Below are positions 1 through 13,436 of a DNA stretch of 64,000 bases, piece by piece. The DNA comes from Chara braunii (lineage: Eukaryota > Plantae > Charophyceae). The notes beneath the pieces were generated by a model, which saw only the letters and a program-made list of their open reading frames with translations, did not search any database and was not told where the DNA came from. The stretch covers positions 5,185,085 to 5,249,084 of the forward strand of contig BFEA01000029.1 in assembly GCA_003427395.1 (NCBI GenBank). Direction: 5' to 3'. A program made the translations under genes and the position numbers. How positions within the stretch are numbered: position 1 is the stretch's first letter; each line of letters starts with the position of its first letter.

Positions 1-55
<55 letters not shown>

Positions 56-76
56 ACACACACACATACACACACA
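1..76. repeat. (CA)n microsatellite
   Basis: Near-perfect CA dinucleotide run at the window start. Confidence 0.98.
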
Positions 77-77
77 T

Positions 78-431
78 CAACAAAATGTCAATACCAAGCG
101 GCAGCTTCAGACCCGAAATGGTGTCTTCGAGTAAAAGGACCCATGTGTTGACTAACACAACCGATAATAAGGAAAATGGTTCCTACGATGATATAAAAGT
201 CCTCGAATCCAGTAGCAAAAAAGAATGTAGAGCAATATATCCCATCATAAATGATAAAAGGAGCTTCTACATATTTCATTCCTTGAAATGCAGTAAAAAC
301 AAAAACTAGAAGAATAGTGGCTAATATGCCATAAAGGGCTTGTTGTTTTATATAGCATGATGAGCCCAAGTTACAGTTGCTTTAGATGAAAGCAGAATAA
401 GAGTATTTGGAGAGGGAATTCCCCAAGGATC
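78..431 (-). pseudogene. cox3: Nuclear copy of the mitochondrial cox3 3' half (NUMT), degraded
   Basis: Minus-strand translation gives [23 protein letters not shown] then ALYGILATILLVFVFTAFQGMKYVEAPFIIYDGIYCSTFFFATGF...HHFGSEAAAWY*HF, matching the COX3 C-terminal helices. It has a frameshift, a W>stop change and altered conserved residues (GFHGxH lost). Confidence 0.93.
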
Positions 432-1809
432 TAACACACACACCCAATACTATCGTACTCAGTGGCTCGATACATTGCCCTCCTCCCTCGTACCCCCACG
501 CCCATGCTTTCCGCCCCACTCGACTTTTTCAGTCCTCGGTTACCGAGTTCCGTGCCATCTTTTCCAGGCCTTGTGCCCCGAGCTCCGCCCTGACTTTTCC
601 AGGCCTCGTGCATCGCTTTACGTGCCCTGCCACCGCCTTCCCAATGCGCAGACCGTCGGCCCGCCTCGCACCGTTTTGCACACTCACTTCACTCCGTCTT
701 TGTCGCTCCTTGAACGTCAGTCCCTTCATGGGACCGCAACTTTTCGCCTCACCTCACCCGACGTCGGGCTGACGACCTCCTGCGGTTCCACCCGTCCCGC
801 GATTTTTTGTTGGCTCACGATTGCGTGTGACGGCGGGACCGCTATAACTTAAGTGTATAGAAAAGAAGCGGAAGAAATGACTAACTAATCTTGGCCGATT
901 ATCGTACTAGCCTTAACATTGGAACCCCCGAAGAATGAACCTGAACCAGAAGTAGGTTGGATTGCCGATATATTGCACGGTGAGAAAAATCACTTCGTTA
1001 AAGCCACTACCCTGTTGTGTGGAAGTGTGGAGTATGTGATTGTGAAGTTTGAGGTTTACCGTGTTCTGCCCCTGTGATACTGGTTCTAGAGTGGTCGCCC
1101 TATCCATAAAGCTACTTATCAAAATGGGACAGGGGATAGGTGTACTGTCTGTTCCTTAGGCCGAGGACTATGGTACGACTGATGAAGGACTAATTACTAT
1201 GATTAGCTTCCAATGCACTACGACTAGCAAAGTTGGAACGGTACATGCTCGTCGTGATGTGCACATCCTAGATGCTCGCACATATGTGATAAGCTGGGAT
1301 CCGTACTTCACGGCTTCACGTACCCTTCGAAGTAAAATCCGAAGTAAGCCGCGAAGCACAGATCTCAGCTGATAAAAAAACCCGGCATTTTTAGGTTAAT
1401 GACATGCATCTTTCAAAATTGTCCTTGTCCTTGTTCAAATTAGTTCTTCGTGATGATGGTTAGCGATCACACGGAGAAATCCAAAAAACAATTAGGATTT
1501 TTGGTTGACGGCATTTAAATTTTCTTTGTGCTAAAGTGTGTGTGCCCATTTTTAAATTTTTGCATGGAGCGTAAGCTCGGTTCCAGCTTTGCGCGTGTGC
1601 GTCATCATCCCCTCTGGCTAAGCACTTCTCCCTGCATGTCCTTTCGTCTCCCCACGACTCTACACCCGATCCTCTTCTTACCCTTCGGGGCGATTGATTG
1701 GTCGTTAGTTGGGAAGGTCGGATCAATGCCGCGAAAGCGCACTTGCACGCGCAGCTTGGACGACCACCCCAATTGAATGAGGAATGGTGATCGCCCTACG
1801 TCCTTCGAT

Positions 1810-2050
1810 CCTCATGGAACCCCTTGTCTTTGTCCTGCTCATCTACATCCCTTGCTGCCCGCACCGCATGTTGGCACCTCGCCGCCTCCTACACTATAAA
1901 TTCTCGCAGTCCCTTCCTCTCCTATTGTGGAACGTCCTCTCTTCCTCTGTCCTTCTCATGTACATCCCTTGTTGTTTGCACCACAGGCTGGCACCTAGCC
2001 GCCTTCTGCGCTATAAATTCTCGCAGTCCCTTTCTCTCCTCCTCTTTGAT
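1810..2050. repeat. Tandem duplication, ~117-bp unit x2
   Basis: tacatcccttg...ggcacct.gccgcct.ct..ctataaattctcgcagtccctt occurs twice. Confidence 0.8.
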
Positions 2051-3999
2051 CTTGACTGCAACACTGCATGAGCTATGTGCGTAGACCAAAACGTCGAACG
2101 AGCTCGACGTGCCCAAGTGACGGGTGGAGTGATGATGTGGGGTGGGATTGGCGGTAGACTTGACGGTACGTGCAGTCGGAGGGACTGCGTGGTGGTGGAG
2201 ATAGAATGTAGCCAGCGGTAGGGTCTTTTGCCTATGGTTGGTTGGCGTTCTGGTTGGTTGGGGGTTGTGTCTGATTGAGGTCAGTCTTGTGGAATTTTGA
2301 ATAGCAAGGGATTCACTCTTTTTTCCATTGAATGTTGTGTGTACAATAGACTACGTGTGGGTACTCGGTCGCATGCATGACATTGGTTATAAGGGTCTAT
2401 GGATGCTGAGTGATTCGTTGTTCAAGATGCATGAATGTATCGATGTCGAGTGATGTCACGGGTATAAAGAGTCGTGGGCGCGTTCAGGGGGAAAGGTGGG
2501 GGTGTCGATGATCTACCCTCGCCTTTCCTTCCCCTTGTCGATTTTTGGCGTTATCCATGAGCGCAAGGAATCATTGCCCACTCTTCCCTCTCTTCCCTCT
2601 CTTCCCTCTCGCGCACAAGTGCCACGTGTCGGGTTGTCTCGTGTTCCACCCGATTGGTCGTAGTAACCAAAGCCATTGGTCGCGTTGTCGAGCACATCGT
2701 CTCCCGCCTTTTTGCAAAGTGTGGGAGCCCTCCCAGCCTTGTCAGGCAGGAGTTAAAAAAAAAAAAAAAACAGAGACAACTTGGGAACGTCGCAAGATAA
2801 CATCACGAGCTGTCGAGACGTGGTCGCATTGTTCCTTCGTCGCTCTAGCCGGGTGCGCTAGTTGTACTTTCAGCGGTCCCCTACGACATGATAGGTTCCG
2901 CGGGGCATAACTTACCTTCTCTAAGGGGTTGTCACCACCCTTAGGGGTGTATCCCTACCGAGCTACTGACCCACGTGCGAAAGCTTTTAAATGCAGTCGC
3001 AGAGGTAGGTCAGTCGAGGGCGTTTGCTCGTTCGTTGTAGTATAGATGCGCTTGGTTAAACGCCAAGTGGACTCGAACGTCGTTCGTCCATTAGGGCGCT
3101 GATCTCCTAAGTACGAAGCGGACGCCGGTCGATTAGGATGGTCTTAACCAAGTGTGAAACCCTCAACTTGATCCTAGTCCCCTTAGTCACATAGTCAAAA
3201 GGAAGTTATAACAACCACAAATATTTACATCATATGGAATCGAGTGTAGTGATGAGAATGTATATCCAATCAGGCGGTCTCCAACAAACCCCGAGATACT
3301 CCCGCAGACATTGCAAGATGCATTCAGACAATCTTTCCGGATTAATTGACAGACGACTACGACCAAGCAAAGGATGGAGATTATGAATTCGCTGCCATGC
3401 CTCACATTGTTTCTAAGAGTGAAGAAGATTTCGACGGGGCTAAGACCGTTCATGAGCTGACGAGTAGGATACTGCGTTACCCGATCCACCAAAAGACAAT
3501 GAAGACGTTTATAATCACGAAAACTAATGTGTTGCCAAAATGACTCCAACACGTAAGTATGTTAACTATGTGAGAAGCCACTCGTGCAAGTTTCAAGGTT
3601 GTCAGATTCTTTGGAACCCCCTTGAACCTTGTATGACGTAACTACCCCCTTACTGCCTCGCTATCTGGACAAGAAGTCCTTCTGTGATGTCATGGAACTT
3701 CCCCTTCCATTACTACTCACAATAGGGAAAGAGGTGTGCATGCTCCAGCAAGGCGCAGACGCACAAATTTTGAAACCCCCTGAGCGGTTTGACACCTTCC
3801 CATTTGAAATTGGGATCAAAATCGCTGAGAACATGGTGGATCCTCGAAACGCAGAAGATGGAATTACCCCTGAAAAACACGTGGCGATCACAAAATCTGA
3901 CACTCGAATGATTGTCACTCATTCTCATGGTGATCGAACAATTTGAATTCAAAAACGACTTGCGCAAAGCAGGTAGAAGTCGTAATCAACGGCTAACCC

Positions 4000-6500
4000 T
4001 AAGCGTTACATGTGCCAAAGTTTGTGCCAAACGACATTCACCAGATGATTGCGAATATTCTGAGGGAATACCAAGGGGCGATTAGCGTCAACGATGCGGG
4101 TATTAGGTTGTCTTTGGTAATTCAACACGACATACAAACGGGAAATTATTCGCCCATTCACTGCAAATCTTACCGATATTCTCTCGCTGCAAGAAAAATG
4201 GCGTTGGAACAGATAGGAGAGTTTGAAGCGAATGAATGGATGGAGTCTGCTACTAGTCATTGATCCTTTTCGGTTGTATTAGTCTTGAAAAAAAATTGGG
4301 TCGATCCGCATTTGCATTGATTATCGAAAATTGAACGACATCACGATCAAGGATGTGTATCCCCTGTCCATGATTGATGATTTGTTGGATGCGGCTGGAT
4401 GCGCTAGCTATTTCAGCAACTTTGATATTCACCACAAGTTCTTGCATATCTTGACGAAGGAGGGGGATAAGTTGAAAACGTCGTTCATTTTGTTTGAAGG
4501 AATATAGCAATACATCCTTTGCTCTATGGGGATATGCAACGCATCTCCAACCTTTTAGAGTGCAATGAACGTTACTTTCCAGAATTTTGTCAACCTGATT
4601 TGACTAACATTGGGCGTGATCAACTTTTGTGTCATTGTATATGTGGACGACATCTTGGTGTATTCTAATTCATTCCACGGACACGCTCAACACGTTGAGT
4701 GGACGTTGGGAGCCTTGAGAGACGCTGGGTTCAAAATTGCCCTCGAGAAAAACAAGTTATTTCTCTCAGACATCTCATTTCTCAGGTACATTGTGACACG
4801 TGGTGCTCTGACACCGGACCCGTGAAAAGTCGACGTAGTTTGGGATGCGCCCACGCCAACGTCGTTGATACAGGTACGGACCTTTTTGGGGTTGGCCTTG
4901 TACTATTGCTGATTCATCAAGGATTTTGCGGCATCCGCATGACCCTCGACGACTCTCCTACGGAAGGATCATTCGCTGCACTTGGACGCAGGGTGCGAGC
5001 AAGTATTTTCTATATTGAAAAATGCCCTGGCCTTGGCGCTCATTTTAATCCGGCCCGACCTAGGAGGGAAGTTCATACTTATCACCGATTGGCAACCGAA
5101 AACTATGTCCGCTATTTTGGCACAGAAGGGGAAGGACAACAAGGAACACATAATCGAGTATGCGTCCTGAACGGTGTCGGAGGAACGATGCAACGACTCG
5201 GCACCTCAAGGAAAGTGTTATGCAGTGGTATAGGGAATCCAGCACTTCGACACATATTTGTACAGACATAAGTTTTTGTTGGTTACTTATCACGAACCTC
5301 TGCTCGCCCTCAAGAAACTTACGAATTATACGGGCATGATTGGGCGTTGGGCGGTGAGTCTACAAGATCCCTCTTTCCCCCGCTTGCTGCCCGACAAGTT
5401 TTGTTATTTTTGTGAAGGAGTCACACGAGTCTATTCTGTTCTTATGCATCCACCCAGAGAAGGGTAGGTCGATTGGGTAGACTGTGACAGATGTGTCTAG
5501 AGAGCTCATGGATCATGTATCCTACATAGAAACCCTTAGAAGTCGTCGCTTTGTCACTTTGTCGAACCGATAAAATTTCGACGAATGCTCGATTCCTCGA
5601 AGCGATCTCGGAATGACTTGAAAAGACGCGAAGGTTTAGGCGTTGCGAAGTTTGGGCAGATGCCGTTTTAACGATAACAATCATAAGTAAATCTTCTCCA
5701 TGAGTATTTGGGGGAAGATCGTAGACAAACTTATGAGAGGGCACGAGATTATAGATGAAGGAAGGCTAGAAAAATGAAAAATTGACGGGAGCGGTATTTG
5801 GATGGTCGTACCACACCCATTCATGGGATACGACTGGGTTAAGTCTGCACACAAAGAGACAGCCGCTCATCACATAATCAACTATTGACAAAAACGAATG
5901 GTACTGGTCTAATATTTGGGACGGTATTAAATTCATCGTCAATAATTGTCCGGTCTGCTGGGCTGACAAGCGCCGATTCAGTCGTCAAGATTCATCTTGC
6001 CAACTGTAGTCGAATGACCATTTCAAGGGGTTAGCATGGATACGACGGATATTGTTGTTCCCCTAGTCCTAATAACTGTGAATATTAAGTTCTACTTGTA
6101 TTTACATATAATTTTTCTAAATGGATTGAGGCTTACCCATATAAAATGAGACATACGGAGGAACTTGTGCGATACGTTAACCGCTTCCTCTGAATGCATC
6201 AGGATACAGAGGAAATTTTAACGGATAATGGCGCAGAATTTCGAGGGGAAGTTATAAGGAGCCTAGTCAACGTAGTCGCACATGGTGTCTCCATTTGAAA
6301 CACCGCTCCCCATTTGTCTCAATCGAACGGCCTTGTAGAAAATATGAACCGAGTAATCGAGACCGCTCTGCGACGGACTATCGCGGTTGGAGACATGAGG
6401 CCCTGGCCCGATATTGTAGATCACATCCTAACCATTCATCGGGGTACACCCCACGAGTCCACAGATCTATCCCCATTCCAGCCATAGACCAATAGCCTGA
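4000..6500 (+). mobile_element. Decayed Ty3/Gypsy pol (RT-RNaseH-integrase), many stops and frameshifts
   Basis: IQHDIQTGNYSPI; CIDYRKLNDITIKDVYPL; RT catalytic VIVYVDDILVYS; RNaseH KFILITDWQ...AILAQ...IIEYAS; integrase remnants FSKWIEAYP, ILTDNGAEF, QSNGLVE. RT-RH-INT order indicates Gypsy. Confidence 0.92.
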
Positions 6501-8213
6501 CCTGTGTCTCTTTACTGAGCCCAAAGGATGAAACGACATTGGGTCGATGATCTATGAGGGCGATGACTAAGGAGATTTGGTCTCCCTTCGTTGGCCCGGA
6601 AAAGATAGCGAATGATCGAACTGGCCCAAGGTCGACAGGTCCGAAGCTACGAGGCTAGGAACGGAAACGTTAGGCCTTGGCCCCAGTATAAATTAGGGGA
6701 CATCATGCAGTGAGGAAATGTGCCCGTCAACGTAAGTTGGCGCCACAATTCTTCGACAGGTTTTCTGTTATTAAGCTTGGTCCTATCAGGGTGAACACGG
6801 TGTCACTTGCTCCCGAAGTCTCGGGCAGTCGATCGGCACAGCCGATCATCCGCCACATGTCCAATCTTCGTCCCTTGTCTACCTTCCCTCCTATCTCACT
6901 TCCGGAATCGCCCATGTCATCCGAGTGGGATTATGAGGATCCTGAATGTCTTCTTTCTCTATCTCTAAGAACCTCATCCGCTCCTTCCTTGCCATCGCAA
7001 TGAGTTTTGCGTCAAAACAAGTAATCAACCAACACATTTGATGCCACGAGGATTTATCTCTTCTATTCGGCAAGGGCATCATCCATGGCGCAACCCAGAC
7101 CTGCTTCGATTCGCGCAATTCTTTGGTACGACAAGTATACACGCGACGGTTGAGTTCCGATTTGCCCATAACGGGAATAGAGGGAGGATATTGGCCAAGG
7201 CATCGACTTTTTTGCGGCTCTCTCCCCCAGGAGTCGGCCACATCACGGTGATCGTCTCCTTCAACGGGGATCTTCCCACGCTAGACGAAGGTTTCCATAC
7301 GAGCGTGTTCCATCAACTACGGGCCTGGGAGGAAGAATTGGCGGCCACATGGCAATAGAGGCTGGCACGCCTAGGGAATCACATCGTCCAAACGGACAGC
7401 ATCGACATGCATCGGATTCGGGTGCTCCGTATTAAGCCGGCGATAGGTCTTTTGGAGCTTATCCCCTATGCGCGACCCCAATGAACCAACACCGATTCTC
7501 CACGTCCTGTTTGCCTCAGGACTTCCCTCTCTTCTAGCAGTCCCCTGTCCATTCGCATCTATCCTTCCGGATTGAAGCGATACCAGTATCAATTGTGGAG
7601 GACGGAGGGTGGGGGGAGTGGTTGGGAGCATACGTGGCACTCAGTTTCGGTACAGATCGTGTTTCACTGGTTTGAGCAATCGGGCGAGCTCAGCGAGGAG
7701 GAGGTCCCTAACGAAGAGGTTAAGCTGTTGATCGTTCAGGCGTGGAGGACATACATGGAAGGGCAGTTGTTGGGACTCTTGTTCGGATCAGTAGGGTCCG
7801 GCCATTTGGACCAATTACGGGGGAGATGATAGTATTCCTTGCGCAACTCCTCGGCGAGCTCTGGACATCATCTCTCGCAGCGATCAGAGTCCCTCACATG
7901 TCGATCTTGAAAGGACGTTGAAGCCACAACTATTGTGGACGTGTTGCTCCGAATACGACGATCAGAACCGTTATTATCCGTCAACGAGCAAGTACCTGGA
8001 TCCAGAGGAGGTGATCGATCCATATTTATGAGAGTGGCCGAATCATTGGCCATAGTCACCACCGAGAGTTAGGCGGAGAAGAGTATTGAATCGGGATCTA
8101 GTGATCCCGATTATAGCGAGCGCTCGGAGGAGGAATCGGAAGAAGAGACGCACTTACAAAGGTTATATCCTTCCTATGCCAATAAGAATTATGATCCCGA
8201 TGGACCACACAGA

Positions 8214-8420
8214 TATGCAATGTCTGATGAACAAGATATGCGCAAAATGGGAGGATTAGCTTCTTTGTTACCTTTTACTTATGTTATGATGCTAATAGGC
8301 AGCATGTCTTTAATTGGATTTCCTTTTTTAACTGGATTTTATTCGAAGGATGTGATCTTAGAACTTGCTTGTACTAAATATACCATAAGTGGTAATTTGG
8401 CTTTTTGGTTTGGGGTAACC
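8214..8420 (+). pseudogene. nad5: Nuclear copy of a mitochondrial nad5 internal fragment (NUMT)
   Basis: [63 protein letters not shown] is a near-verbatim plant NAD5 segment, in an AT-rich island. Confidence 0.95.
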
Positions 8421-8515
8421 TCAGCGTACGATCGCGCGCTATCTATTGTCTGGGGGGTTGAGCAATTCTGAAAGATGATGTGCCGTGGCGGAAGAAGAAG
8501 CCGAAGAACAAGCCT

Positions 8516-8702
8516 AATTCACCGCCTACGTGCCCTTTACGCCTAGTCATTCCGAATAACACTTGCCCCCCCCGTCTTACCGCGGCTGCTGGCACGGAGT
8601 TAGTCGGGGCTTCTTCTTTGGTTTTTATCATAATCTCACTACCGATGAAATAACTTTACAAGATAAATCCCCTTCTTCACTCACGCGATATTGCTGGATC
8701 GG
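8516..8702 (-). rRNA. rrn18: Fragment of mitochondrial small-subunit rRNA (NUMT, non-functional)
   Basis: Reverse complement contains gtgccagcagccgcggtaagacggggggggcaagtgttattcggaatgactaggcgtaaagggcacgtaggcggtgaa. This is the universal 515 region with the plant-mitochondrial AAGACGGGGGGGGCAAG variant. Only ~190 bp. Confidence 0.93.
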
Positions 8703-9597
8703 AAGAACATGAAAAGGGAAGCAGCCTATCGATTAGTCGGCGGGACCATTACAACCACGGATACCTGACGACCCCACGAGGATCCTGAGTCACCCGTAGA
8801 AGTGGAAGGACACGATGGCGGTGCCGGAGGGGCAGAATCCAGCCGAAGAAGAGCCTGAAGCCCCTCTCCCTCTCCCGCGACCCGCTCCGCAATTCGCATA
8901 TTTCGAGATGTTGCCGATCAGGCAACGTCCCCGGTCATTATCCCACCGTCCTGTTGACTACCTTTCCTTCCACCAGGTTCAGGACCGCCCACCATTCCCC
9001 GCTACTTTGCACCCTTTCTCTCCTTCCTTGTTGTGCCAGTTCTAAGTTACCCGTCTCATTTGTACCATTTTTCCTCACTCAACCACTCACTCCCTCGTCT
9101 CCTCTTTCTGCCTCAATATCCTCCTTTTCAGCGTGGCATGGCGAGACTTCAATAACGTTGAAGTCTATTGCATGATTACAGGGACGATCCCCCCATGTGA
9201 CAATTACGAACAGTTTCGCGCTGCCATCCTACGTACCCTTTGCACCCTTTACCCAGACTACCTCACCACCCTCCCCAACCTCAATCATCGCTTCCCCAGC
9301 GCCCATCGATTGGTGCGCTATGCTAACATTTCCACTGGGGTGCGATGGCTAGCATGGTTCCTCCCTTCACTCCCCCAATCTCATACTCCACCCCCACCCT
9401 CCTTCCTAAGAGTGCTGTATCCATCGGGCCAGCGACAACAACAACGATGATCGCAGCAAAGCGGAGTCGAAGAGTCTTTTTCTTTTCCGTCTCCTTCTTC
9501 TTCTTCTTCTTCTTCTTCTTCTTCTTCCCCATAACGATAAGCTTGATGCAGGCAAGCAGGAGCTTGCATAAGATCGGAACCCCCTGGGTGTCCCATA

Positions 9598-9923
9598 TGT
9601 GAGAATCTATCTTCTTATAAGCGTGACTTTTTGCGTAATTGAACCTTATGGTGGTCAAATGGGCCTAAGGGTCAATTGCATACATGCCCTCATTCCTTTT
9701 CTTCCTCCGTTTTGCGAAATCTTGGTCCCATAGTTGTTGGTGGTTAGGACGCGACTTAGCAGGCGCAGGAATAACGACTGACGTACCTTTCTGGGCAAGG
9801 AGCTTTAGAGAGATTATCGCGCGAGGGAATCTTTTTGAATTTGTGAACTCTTTGGAAAGCATGTGGTAGACCGCATGGGTATTCGGAATTAGGACTGTAA
9901 TTAGATTAGAATTTTGGGGACAT
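9598..9923 (+). mobile_element. 5' part of a family-2 LTR, split by the poly(A) element; continues at 36080
   Basis: Starts tgtgagaatctatctt and aligns by eye with 55346-55705 (tgtgacaatctatctt...). Homology resumes at ~36095. Confidence 0.75.
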
Positions 9924-10999
9924 TGTGGACAATTGGCTGACTAGACGATGGGGCGCAGCGCTACCGGGAGCGCTGCGCCCCGACAGCATCAATCATCAAT
10001 CAAGGTTACCGCCACGGAGAGGAGCCGCGCGCGTTGGAAAACTGCACGCAGCAAGGAAAATAGTGCACGCGCGCTCGACGATTGCGCGCGATTGGGCGTG
10101 CGCCCTGAGCTGAAAATTGGACCACCTGTGGTCTATGTCGAGGAGCTGAGGTGGTCCAAATTTCAGATCAAATGGTCCAGTGGAGCATGAGATATCAAAG
10201 ATTTAGGGCGCGCCATGAAATTCGAGTGTGTCAGGCGATGAGGACGACGGGGGCAGGGGACTGCGCCTAGCACACGCGCCGTGAGCCTAGGTCCTGGTCT
10301 TCGCCACGTCACTGGTTGACGTGTCCAGGGGACCGCCCCGCTTCACGGGGTCCACGCAAGATTCCCGCGCAGCCACGTAGCAAGGTGAAGTGGCAACAAG
10401 GGGCTTGAGGGAGATCGCAGCGGAGATAGTCCAAGGTAACATGGAAGTGTGTAATTCATAGTCTGAAGTATGCCAAGCTTGCAGATCGGAGTTATCACAA
10501 CATGGAGCGCGGTCCGTCATCAAGCTCGAGTTCGTCAACACTATCAGCAAGTTGTCATCAAGATTACTAGTCATCATCACTTGCGGCAAGTCGTCATCAA
10601 GATTACTAGTCATCATCATTTGCGGCAAGGCGATCGTTATCAACATAATGAGTAATTAGTTGACATCCTCATCATCATTACATCTCTATGGGTGTTTAGT
10701 CATTACTAAAGTGATTTTCACCATCTGTAGTATCGCGATCATCAACACTATTATCCTCATAGCTATCATATGTTGTATCACGATCATCAACACTATCATC
10801 CTCACAGCTATCATCTGTAGGCGAAGTTGATCGCCACCACTATCTTTAGGCTACTGTTTCACTCAAATAGTCATCTATAACATTTCCATCATCGTCATTA
10901 CCATCATCAATATTAATATCATCTGAAAACCTTTTAGTCTCAGAGTACCGTTTTCGGCTACCCAATTATCCAATAGTCATTAATATTTGCATCCTCATT

Positions 11000-11110
11000 A
11001 GCTATATCTTGATTACCTACATCTAGATTACCTATATCTTGATTACCTATATCCCGATTACCTACTTCTTGATTACTTACTTCTTGATTACTTACTTTTT
11101 GATTACTACT
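11000..11110. repeat. Short minisatellite (~15-bp unit, ttgatta(c)cta…)
   Basis: About 7 degenerate copies of gattacctatatctt / gattacttacttctt. Confidence 0.7.
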
Positions 11111-13436
11111 ATTTGTAGTAGTAATTTCAGACATAACGTTTTCATGTTGGGATTGTTTAGTAATTTCACCACTAGGTTTTGCCCTGCCTGTTCCCCCTGA
11201 TTGGGGTAAGGTGAATTTTCTTTATCTCGTTTTTTCACGAGTTGTTTTTTCCTAATTGGGGATTTTGAACATTGAATTTTGCAGACGCTTTAGTGGGGAT
11301 AGGACTTCGGAGGTTATGGCTGGAACTTTGGTAGGCTGGGGGGTTTTGAGACTCCAGGGTAAAGACATACGGTAGTTACCTACAGCAGGTCTGAGATCCG
11401 TCTGGCCTAAGTTAGGGGACAAGCCAGGGGAAGGATGGTAGGACTGTGAGCCTGGGCTCCGCCTGGCCTTGGGTAAGCTAGGGGAAGGAGAGATAGGGCT
11501 GGCCAGTTGTGGGTATAGACTACTAGTTAGCTGTCCCCGAACCCAGGGGTCTGTTATAGGGGAAGGTTATTCTACAGGGGTGTTGCATGGTGGGAGGCAG
11601 TAGCCCTATTGGGAGTAGGGCAGATTGGGGATTGTCTGAGTCTGGGGCCGGGGTTGGAGAGTTGGTCGCCTTCAACCCCAGCAGGGGCAGACAGGGACAA
11701 GGGGTGAGCAAAGGCAGCCTCTAGGATGGGATTGGTTGCCTTCGCGGATGAGGTGGAGGGAGGGGAGGGGATCTGTTCTATGTTGGGGCCGAGGGATTTT
11801 CCTCGGTGGAGGCAGCATGAAATATGGTACAGTGGGTATGGATTGGTTTGAGCTATGACCAATGGAAGCGTATCCTTTTCATGATCTAATAAACTCAATG
11901 TGTCAAAAAAGATCTGATAATTTCGATACAGTTCAACACTTCAAAACCAGCCATCCGCTGCTTTACAATCTTGGCAGCACCTGGTCTTCTTCTTTATTTA
12001 GGATATAGGAATTCAGGGATTGTCAAACCTGGACTAATAATTGTTGAAGTTGCTTTGTTATGTACTCCTGGATTGCCAATGCCAGAACAACGCTGGTCGG
12101 AGTTGGGGCATAGCCCTGTAACCTGCAATTGGCAGGGGTGGGAGGCCTTGTAGAGAGATCTGGGGTTTGTTGAGGGAGGAAAGCAAGCCAATGGTGAACC
12201 AGGGGGGGCTACCCTGACAACTTATGGGGTGGGGTTAGTCTGGGTAGTGACAAGAGATCAGCTACGACAGTGGGGGGATAGGTTTGTCTTGTTCGTGAGT
12301 TGCAATATCCTGGTAAGGGAGAGCTTGGAGTTTTTCAGGATTAGGAGTCCAGTGTGGCTGACTCAGCATAAGTAGATATATTCTTTTCTCATCATCACTG
12401 GTATCATTAGTATCATCAGCATTAGAATTTTCGAAGGTTTCTGATTTCGTAAGTGCTTGAAGCACTCTATTCTCAGGTTTTTCTCATCCGAAGCCGGGTA
12501 ATGGCCGCAATGTTGTAAACTGATGTATGTTCATATGGGACGCTCGGCCCGGTGTCGAGCGGCTGCCCAGCAGCCGAGGGTATTTCCTGAAAAAAAAAAA
12601 AAAAAGAACTCGGTCTTTGTTGCCTAATTTTGCATGGTTTGGACGCATGATTGCCTGAGACTGATGGGTTTCAAGGGACTTCGGGGGTCTAGAGGCCTTG
12701 TGCTAACGATTGGGAAAGGGCGAGAGAGGGGGGCAATGTAGGCCGTGAGAGGGAGCGGGCGGACTGCAAGAATCCGAGTGTTTGGGGGTTTGGTCCGAAG
12801 TCCGACAAGAAGGAGACAAATTCTGTGCGGTGGCTTGAAGAACTGAAGGGCTGAGGGATAAAGTGAAGGACTTAAGAAGTGACTAAGGATGGCGATGTGA
12901 ATACCGCACGGTATCTATGTGACCCGGCGCCTACCCAAGGGTGGAACTAGGAGATCCGGGCGGCCTACATTGAAAGGCCAAGAACCCCCAGCAGGAGGAA
13001 TGAAATCAGGTCACCCCGGGGAGATGACGAACTTGACTCTGGGCGCACCCGGCTTGGTACGGACTAAGGGCGATGGAGGCGACCAATTTCAGAAGAGCTC
13101 GGGCCGAAGCGGTGATGGGGACGAGTCACACTTACGTGAGCGGGAGTTTCGAATGGCAGGCTACTTCAACAAAGAAAGGAATGACGGTAGGGGTTTATAA
13201 TTGGAATTTGTTAAAGCTACGGAGGAGGGCAGGTGAAGGAAGCTGGGGGGTTGGACCCCGATAAAGAGGGGGAGATATGTCAAGCAAGTGAGGGTCTGGG
13301 GTATGGCGGAAGAAAAGGGAAATGAGAAAGCGGGGGGGTTCTATTCATAGCCACAACNGATCGGAGGTGCCAAGAGAAAGGGTGTTCATAGATAGGTAAC
13401 CAACTTGGCGGTGGCTGCAACCGATGTCTGCATCAG

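Larger units (their letters stand above)
7000..8830 (+). pseudogene. Remnant extra ORF downstream of integrase of the decayed Gypsy, interrupted by NUMTs
   Basis: In-frame segments 7038-7358 and 7572-7829 (…VKLLIVQAWRTYMEGQLLGLLFG…) plus an acidic tail ([16 protein letters not shown]). Similar acidic/proline-rich sequence appears to resume after each mitochondrial insert. Confidence 0.5.

Noticed and set aside
826-3190. Possible LTR (tgtgac at 826 … gtcaca at 3190) for the decayed Gypsy
   Set aside because: No PBS, TSD or second copy found; a 6-bp terminal match alone is insufficient.
8220-8702. Functional nad5 or rRNA genes, or bacterial contamination
   Set aside because: Short internal fragments embedded in TE sequence, with a plant-mitochondrial signature.
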